From positions 62,498,339 to 62,562,338 of the forward strand of contig NC_044034.1 in the NCBI RefSeq assembly GCF_901765095.1: DNA of 64,000 nucleotides. The letters are read 5' to 3'. The DNA is from Microcaecilia unicolor. Lineage: Eukaryota. Below, in pieces: positions 56,830 to 64,000 of the stretch. The notes below the pieces were generated by a model that did no database searches, was not told the origin of the DNA, and saw nothing but the letters and a program-made list of their open reading frames with translations. Numbering within the stretch: the first letter of the stretch is position 1; every line of letters begins with the position of its first letter. The position numbers and the translations under genes are program-made.

Positions 56830-57480
56830 CCCCAACCCGGCAGAAATCACCGACTAGCCAAACACCGCATCCTGCCGAGCTGCCACATCCACCCGATAAT
56901 GATTAGTGAACGTATGGACCGAAGCCCATGTAGCGGCTCTGCAGATATCTTCCAGAGAAACCAAACAGGACTCTGCATAGAAGGAAACCTGAGCTCGCGT
57001 AGAATGAGCACGAATTTGCGCAGGGGCTCGCTTGCCCAATGCCATGTAGGCCAGTGATGGCCTCCCTCACCCAATGGGCTATGGTGACCTCGGAAGCCAT
57101 ATGACCCTTCTTACTGCCTCAAAAAAGGACGATGGTCAGAGAGACAAAAGTTATTCGTCACCTCTAATCCAGAGCCCCCCCACCCAGATTTACTGTCTGC
57201 AGTTTTGTTTTGGTTGGTTAGTTTTTTCGGATTTCGTTGTTCTGAATGTTCCTTCATTTGATTAAATAAGAAAAACAAATAAATTTGGAAGTGGTGGAAG
57301 TATGTTGGGCATTTGGTCTGACAATGTCAGGAGAGTTTTCTATTGTTTCCATTCCACTGCTTTGGTATCGTTCATACTGAGGTTTACTTGGTTGCACAGG
57401 TCCACATATAGCAAATCTCTGAGGTTCTCTCTGTCTCCACCTGCTGGTAGAGGGACACAACCCACAAGTCTCTGGATTGA
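56830..57480 (-). mobile_element. Inverted DIRS fragment abutting copy 2 tail to tail. It holds the YR C-terminal catalytic segment and a piece of the region just upstream of the RT.
   Basis: ORF 56854-57045(-) 'IRAHSTRAQVSFYAESCLVSLEDICRAATWASVHTFTNHY' is homologous to the copy-1 segment 'HNVRAMAASVAHLKSASIEEICKAATWSSVHTFTSHY'. The reverse complement of 57400-57480 matches 54330-54400 'cccacagatcaatccagagacttgtgggttgcgtccctctaccagcaggt'. Confidence 0.6.
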
Positions 57481-57979
57481 TCTGTTGGGAGTAATGGAAA
57501 GAAAATGATCAGGTAAGAATTAATTTTTCCCTACTGTTTCGGAGACATGACATTATTTAAGATGCATCTTCAAGGGCTACCTTTTTCCTGATATTTGACC
57601 ACCAAATGAAGGGGGGGCAGGATGATTGACAATCTGGTGACAGATGTGCATATTTGTGTCTTAGAGGGGAAGATCCCCTTTGTAGAGTAGGGAGGTTGAT
57701 GGGGGAAGGTGTTTGTTTTATGTGTTTTTTTATTGTGAAATGTTTTGGATGGAAGCAGACAATAAATGTTTAAAACCATTACTGAAAAACCTGAATAAAG
57801 TTATTGGCCATTTACAGCATGTTCTTCATGTTCAGTGTCTTGTTGATACTTGATAATATTGAACTTGAGTGTAATATATTTGTGCATCTAGGAGTGTGAT
57901 CATCATATGATATAAAAATTTCGGTAGCAGAGTTTTTCACTGAGGACCAGCATGACAGCTAGTTCTCCTTCCATTTCAG

Positions 57980-58111
57980 GTAGTGGTTTTTCAGACATAC
58001 ACCAACTTATCCAGCATTCCCATTGAGGCAAAGTATGTCTTTCCTTTGGATGGCACTGCAGCTGTGTGTGGTTTCGAAGCCTTCATCAATGGAAAACATA
58101 TCATAGGAGAG
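57980..58111 (+). CDS. PARP4: PARP4 exon, start of the VIT domain
   Basis: Acceptor 'ccatttcag|GTAGTG' and donor 'GGAGAG|gtaaat'. Encodes 'VVVFQTYTNLSSIPIEAKYVFPLDGTAAVCGFEAFINGKHIIGE', a canonical VIT-domain N-terminus. The PARP catalytic plus VIT combination is diagnostic of PARP4. Confidence 0.85.
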
Positions 58112-60829
58112 GTAAATTAATCATGTATTATGGTGCATAAATGGGATCCCAGATCCAAAAATTACTGCCATGCTGTAATGTTATAAAAGCAAGGTCTTAG
58201 CTTAAAATGTTCTCTTCAACAAAGCCTACTAAGGACATCCTCACTAACTATTCCCCAAACTACTCAGATGCATCTAAAACACCTCTCACAAGACCTACCT
58301 AGCACCTGCATCTAAATTACCTACCTTAGCTTATCATCGACTGTATCTAAGATCATGTAATGACTGCATCATAACAACACTCTGTAAGCCACATTGAGCC
58401 TGCAAAAAGGTGGGATAATGTGGGGTACAAATGCAATAAATAAATGGTTCCCTCGCTGCAAAAGAGGGGTCCAAGATCCAAAAATTATGGTTCCCTTGCA
58501 TAGAACCATGGTCTCAAAAAAAAAAAAAAGCATGAAAGCTTGGTCTTATAAAAAAAATGGTTCTTTCGCTACAGAAACAGGATCCCAGATCCAAAAATTC
58601 ATTCATAAAAGCATGGGTTCAAATCACAAACAGGAAGAGAAGCCACACGCTTCTTAACTCGGATGAGGGGCGCATGAAAGAGTATCAGCTGCAAAGCATG
58701 CTTCCTTTACAGAGAAGCACGGTGTCAGCACGAACATGGCTAAAAAATGACTTTCTTGCAGCATGTGAAGCCAGAAAAAAGGTTGAGAAGCCGTGCGCTT
58801 CTTAAAGGCAATGCGACATAATTGGGGGGGGGGGGGGCTTTGTTGGATATGTCGGATGGTCGGATTTCCAAAGAATGGATAATCGAGACTGTATCTTGGT
58901 TTGTACAGACTCAAAGCTAATGATCAGATCCTGCTGATTTAAAAAAAACCATGATTCTGTTCACAGAAAGTGTACTTCTACCTGTGGCAAAAAAGGGGTG
59001 AGGTTAGGTTAGGGGAGAGAAGGTACATGTTGGGATTTCATTTGAAACCCCTTCATGTAATCTCTGCATGTACATTTACACTTGCTTCAAAGCAGGTATA
59101 GAGGTATTTGAGTATTAAGTAGCCTTTGTGCACCATGACCCAGTTTTCAAAGGAAAATCCTATAAGGAATTTCCCTTTGAAAACTGGCTTGTAACTACAG
59201 ATACATAATACCCACAGATCAGCAACATAGCCATTCTAAAAATTGCCTCAATATTAAATTATGGAAACAGTTTTCAAAGACATAAATGGGTGTTTACCAA
59301 TGAAAAAATCTAGGCTTTGCAAAAAAAGAAGGAAGCTGAAGCAGGCTGCTCCTTCTCAGCCCAGTCAACTGAAACATATGAATACAGCCAGTTGGTTTTC
59401 CAACATATACCCTGCCGGCCCTGTTAGGTCATGATTACTTTCTTCAAGATTGACAGAAAACAGATGCTTTGTGCTCAGTATTATGATATCTGGATTTCAC
59501 CTCAGATTTCTACTTATTCCACCTGAAAGACCCTTGCCATGTCTCAATTACTATAGGCCCTCATCCACCTACTTCAGGAAGTTATTAAACTGTTAGAAAC
59601 CAATACAATCAGTAGAACTCATGCCAATACAAGAGAATTAAAGAAAGCCTATATGCATATATCAGTTTATTCCATTGGCAGGATGTTCTTAATTTCATCC
59701 TACAAATAACCATTTTCAGTACAAAGCCCTTCCCTCCCCCCCCCCCTACCAGCCTCAAGGTATTCACCAAATGCATTGTGGTTGTGGCAGCCTACCTACA
59801 CAAGCAAATACTCCTTGATGTTTCCGTACTTCAAAGAATGACTTCTACTTCACCACCAGATCTAAATCTATCTTTGCCCATACATTTTCCAGCAAAATTG
59901 TGTCTATAGAAAAAGCAGGTGCAAGTGACCTTATTTTCTACCTGTGGTAAATGTAAAGGCCATGTATACACTTCCACTTTAAGAACTCATGCAAAGTCCA
60001 CAGTAAAAGTTATGCACAATCTTTGTCCCAGTGTGAACAGTTTGAAAACTGCCCCCCTATTTTGCATTATTAGGCATCATATTTTATACAAGCTACAATA
60101 TATATCCTAACAAGTAGAAAGACTGAAGGCACTTTTCCTAACTAGTTTCACAGTGTACACCAATTGTTCTTTGGCATCCTTACCAGACCAGTCCAGAACC
60201 TGTGGGCTGTACAAATTGACCAGCAAATGGGGACATCCTTAATTGCTCTGGCAGATGGTGACAGGCAGACTCTTCAGCTCCTGATCTGGTTACTGAAGCA
60301 TCTCTTGCAAAGTGGTACCTCACTTGGTTGTAAACTTAAAAAAAAAAAGTTAAGGACATATAGCAAATTTAATTTAATCTGGAGCAAGGATTATAATTGG
60401 AGGAGTGCAAGTTCTTCTTCCCATCCCCTTCCCTTTTCCCTCCATTGTTCACTGCTGTTTGTTTTTTCTTTCCCTTGAAAGGGGTTTAAATAATTGGATG
60501 GGAAGTTGTTTCCTCACCTTAAGACATCATAAGAATTGTTGTGCAGCATTTGTTTCAAGCTACACTAGTGGTTAGAGGAAGCAGTTGGGAATATACACCA
60601 GTACCATGAGAAGGGATGATTCCCTTCAACTAGTCCTTAGGGATCCTGCATTAGAGGCCACGTGCTCATTCCAGCAGCAGTGCTTCTTTCAGAGTGCCTA
60701 AGCTAAAGCACCTGTCTTGCTTTCCAGCTTGGCCTGTGCACCTGAGGTAATTTTCAGGGTACGCTATAGGATGCAAACCTCAGTAGAAGAGGATAACTTG
60801 GAGGAGACTGTGACAAAACAGTGGGTTTG

Positions 60830-61580
60830 TAAGCCTGTAAACTGTATTATTTCTTGAAGTGTATTTCTCTAGTTTGGCCAGCAGGTGGTACATGTTTTAT
60901 GTTTAAAGCTGTTAAAGAGAAATGACTGTACCTTGTTTAGTTTAACACAAAGAAGTAGTACCCTGCAGTGATAAGGCCAGCTACTTTTAAAAAATGTTGT
61001 TCTGGGCTCTGGCCCAGGAGCTCAAATTCAGTCTGGAAATACTGGATTTTTCTCCAGTCTCAGTTTGGAAGTAGAGAGAGAGTGACCATTTTACTGAGAC
61101 CCTGTGAACAGTTATATTCTGTATCCTGTGAGCAGCTATATTTCCTGTACTTCCCAGGCTCTATCCAGTTAGTGATAAAATGTTTAGATAGTTTTATAAT
61201 TGATCCTTATTCAGTTACCTGTTGTTTTCCATCTGTTTTTATAGTTCACTGTTCAGTATTTTTATAACCATAAAACCTTTTTAGATTATTGCCTCTGCTT
61301 GTCTGGACTGACTAAGAAGGTAGTTTGTGTGTTGGGGCTGTGACTGCTTTCTAGGAACTGTGGGAACACTGGGTCCCAGCAACCTAGAAATCACTGGGAT
61401 AACTTGAGAGCAGGAGACTTGCCAGGTGGGACCCAGTCGGTGGGAGAAGGATGCTAGCGCAGAGCACATACCCAGGTGCAGGCAGACCTGAGCTGTGCTG
61501 GGGATAGACCCTCTAAGTGGCCGCAAAGTTAGCCCCAGATGAGTGGCTAGTTGTTTCATGACAGAGTCCAAATAACCCTC
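60830..61580 (-). repeat. Second near-full copy of repeat family R1
   Basis: See the feature at 5750-6530. The copy is in the same orientation and about 80 percent identical by eye. Confidence 0.55.
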
Positions 61581-62149
61581 CCCCCTCCCCCCGCTGGTTC
61601 ATTTTCCTTCTTCCAAAATTTCTAACATTTAACTCTAAAGCCAAGACACAAGCCTTGTGCAAATCTATATTTTTTGGTGTGCCATTATAGGTGAGGTTCT
61701 AGCACCGCAAGTAACAAGGGATGACTTTTCGTACCCTTGGCCTGGGGGAGTTCAGGTTGTAGCCACTTTCCTTTGCTGGCAGAAGCAGCATCTTGATCAG
61801 CATTTAAGCACAGTTATTCTCTCTGTAGTAGTGTGGCCCATGCCGCTGAGGAGTTCCTCGGGGCACATTTTGGAGGGAGCCCCCAGCAGACTGCATTTAG
61901 CATGGGCAGCAGCTCTTTTGGTTCCAGCAGCCTCTAGTTGACTGTTGTCCGCAAAACAAGCCAGGACCCAACTTACCAACTATCTTTTGAGTAAAATGAA
62001 AAAGTGACATTTAGTGGTGCTTTGCAAACCTGTGGGTCATGAATATAAGCTTGGGAAGACTGGCTACCTTGAGCAACCTTCTGAAGTAACTCTGGTCTCT
62101 GAGTCTTTAGTACAGTATTTTGGCTTCCTGCCTTCGTTGCTAATGGGAG

Positions 62150-62345
62150 TGGAGGAGTGGCCTAGTGGTTAGGGTGGTGGACTTTGGTCCTGAGGAACTG
62201 AGTTCAATTCCCACTTCAGGCACAGGCAGCTCCTTGTGACTCTGGGCAAGTCACTTAACCCTCCATTGCCCTATGTAAGCCGCATTGAGCCTGCCATGAG
62301 TGGGAAAGCACGGGGTACAAATGTAACAAAAAAAAAACAAATTCT
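62150..62345 (+). mobile_element. tRNA-derived SINE copy, the most complete one, with tRNA-like head, body and A-rich tail
   Basis: Sequence 'ggagtggcctagtggttagggtggtggactttggtcctgaggaactgagttcaattcccacttcaggcac...gtcacttaaccctccattgccctatgtaagccgcattgagcctgc...gggtacaaatgtaacaaaaaaaaaac'. RNA polymerase III box A and box B motifs are present. Confidence 0.75.
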
Positions 62346-64000
62346 TAAAGGAAGGTCTTGTCTCTGGTGAACAGCTTATCTGCCTGAAGGGGATGACTGA
62401 GTTCCAATGGTTTTCACAGAGATCACCATAACAGCAGGGTTCTTTGTTCTATGGATTTGGGCAATTGTTCCTGAAGCATTCTCTGAGAGAGTTTTATTGG
62501 TTGTACCTTTTTATTTGCAAAAAGGTATTTGGAGTGCATCCATTTTCAATCCCTGTGCTTTAAGACACTGAAGAGATGGCAGCCCAAAGTTTGGTTTTCT
62601 GTTCTTCTGCATAATATTTGAGTTGCTTTTCTGTCTGTGTTAGTGGCATTCTTTTCCTTTCTCTGGTTTTATTGTAAACTGTTTTGGCCTGCCTTTAGAT
62701 TAGGTGATGAAGCAAGTTGAAATGGACATAAACATACTATACTTCTTCTAACCTCTTGGCTAAGTGGTCAGTCTCTTCTAGGGCAGCCAAGTTTCCTGTT
62801 GAGGCTTACTCTTCTTAGGTGAGAGACTCCATCACCAAGTCATTGTAAATTTTCCTTCGAGTTCAAGGAGTATTCCAATTTAATTCTACATCCGATTGCT
62901 TCTGCACCACATGGAGCCTTAGTCATGGGGCTAGATAAAGGTGCAGGAATCAGTGCAGTGTCCATAAATTCAGTCTCATGGCCTTGGATTCACATAACGT
63001 CCTTAACGGAGTTTTCTGTTTTCTCACTAGTTGATACACTCTTAGATCTATGCGTGTAGTGTTCTCTTGGAGTTCTAGCATGGTGCAGTATAACGTAATG
63101 GCTTTGGTTCAGCATTGTGTTCTGAGATGTCAACCTTGAAACTACCATTTGGAAAATAACAGCATCAGGTACTGGCCCATTGACTGGGATGCTCTGGATC
63201 AGGTGACACAAGAGGTTTAGTTTTGGTCCACAGTTTTGTGATCCTTCAACTCTCTGGAGCTTTCTGCCATTTGACTACTGCTATAGGCCTTTCTCCTTCC
63301 TCTTCATGGAAGAGCATTGAGGGCGTTTCTACCAAGAGGGAGCTTAGTGCAGTCAACAGATAAGGAGGTATAAGAAGCATTTTCTTTTTCTATCTTCAGT
63401 GCTGATTGCTAGTATACAAACCATTTCTCCAACCCTGAATGTATGGAAACTGAAGTATATGTTCTAGTCATCTCCATGTTAGATTGGGTGCTCCAGAGGT
63501 TCTCTCTCTCTACCACTATTTTCCTATAGCACCAAACTAACCATGGAGGTTTTGGTTATTCAGTTTTAACCTGAGACATTTCAACATCTTTCGATTTCCC
63601 ATTAGATGATATTTTACTGCAAGAAATGTCTCTTATTTTTCTATTACAGATTGGCTCTTGAGTGGTCATGCTTCAAATGCTGTAGATTTCCAAGAGCATG
63701 TCTTAGTCATGCTTTTTCAGTCTTAGAACTGCCTTCCTTCTTTAGCATACTTGAGAGTTTGCAGAGGAGGCAGTTCTTCCTCTGTTGAATCTTTCTTTTC
63801 TTTAGGATAGAATCCAGGTAGAAATAACTTGGGATACCTTATAAGTTCAAGTTGCAGCTTTATCATGCTTTCAAGGCCTCCTGAAAGGTTTTATCAAGCA
63901 TTAAATCCACATGTAGGTCGCCTTCTCTAAGGTGGGATGTTGTACATCCTCCTATGCTTTTCTCCTGTCCTGAGTGGATATTCTGGAGTCCCACCCATCT

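Noticed and set aside
1-64000. Possibility of a prokaryotic or phage defence or other novel system, as the prompt suggests
   Set aside because: The sequence is unambiguously eukaryotic: a spliced PARP4 gene plus L1, CR1 and DIRS retroelements, SINEs and MITEs. No operon-like gene arrays, no prokaryotic-style dense coding and no CRISPR repeats are present. The unusual content here is the set of palindromic hAT-like elements and the intact DIRS copy, not a new prokaryotic system.

Overview
This window is vertebrate nuclear DNA, probably amphibian or another non-mammalian tetrapod, and is not prokaryotic. The evidence is AT-rich introns, GT-AG splice sites, many C/G homopolymer tracts, and L1, CR1 and DIRS retroelements together with tRNA-derived SINEs. 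The whole window lies inside one + strand gene. I found nine small exons between 2764 and 58111 that encode a PARP regulatory helical domain, a PARP catalytic domain and the start of a VIT domain. That domain combination is diagnostic of PARP4 (vault PARP). The introns are packed with transposable elements. There is a complete DIRS-like tyrosine-recombinase retrotransposon with apparently intact ORFs, near-identical inverted terminal repeats and an internal complementary region at about 34655-40828. A second, rearranged DIRS copy lies at 54190-57480. L1-like LINE copies occupy 1-2204, 10900-13690 and 30083-33704. CR1 3' ends lie at 4296-4700 and 28205-28705. Several tRNA-derived SINE copies are present. 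Several DNA-transposon-like elements are supported directly by TIRs and target-site duplications (TSDs). The largest is a 4.85 kb hAT-like element at 17374-22222 with perfect 15 bp TIRs and an 8 bp TSD. Two hAT-like MITEs with 8 bp TSDs lie at 29306-29707 and 47814-48139; the second one sits inside one of two copies of a ~1.1 kb repeat, which gives a filled-site versus empty-site comparison. Further TIR-bearing or MITE-like elements lie at 2205-2593, 22796-22953 and 26403-26697. The most unusual structures are GC-rich nested long palindromes. One is a ~1.6 kb inverted duplication at 18985-20612 with a ~55 bp-arm central hairpin. A second at 29306-29707 has an exact TGACGTAA at its centre. A third sits inside the 47814-48139 MITE. 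Several otherwise unclassified interspersed repeat families, minisatellites and low-complexity tracts are also present. The only host protein-coding sequence I can support is PARP4. Every other long ORF is either TE-encoded or an artefact of GC-rich or repetitive sequence.
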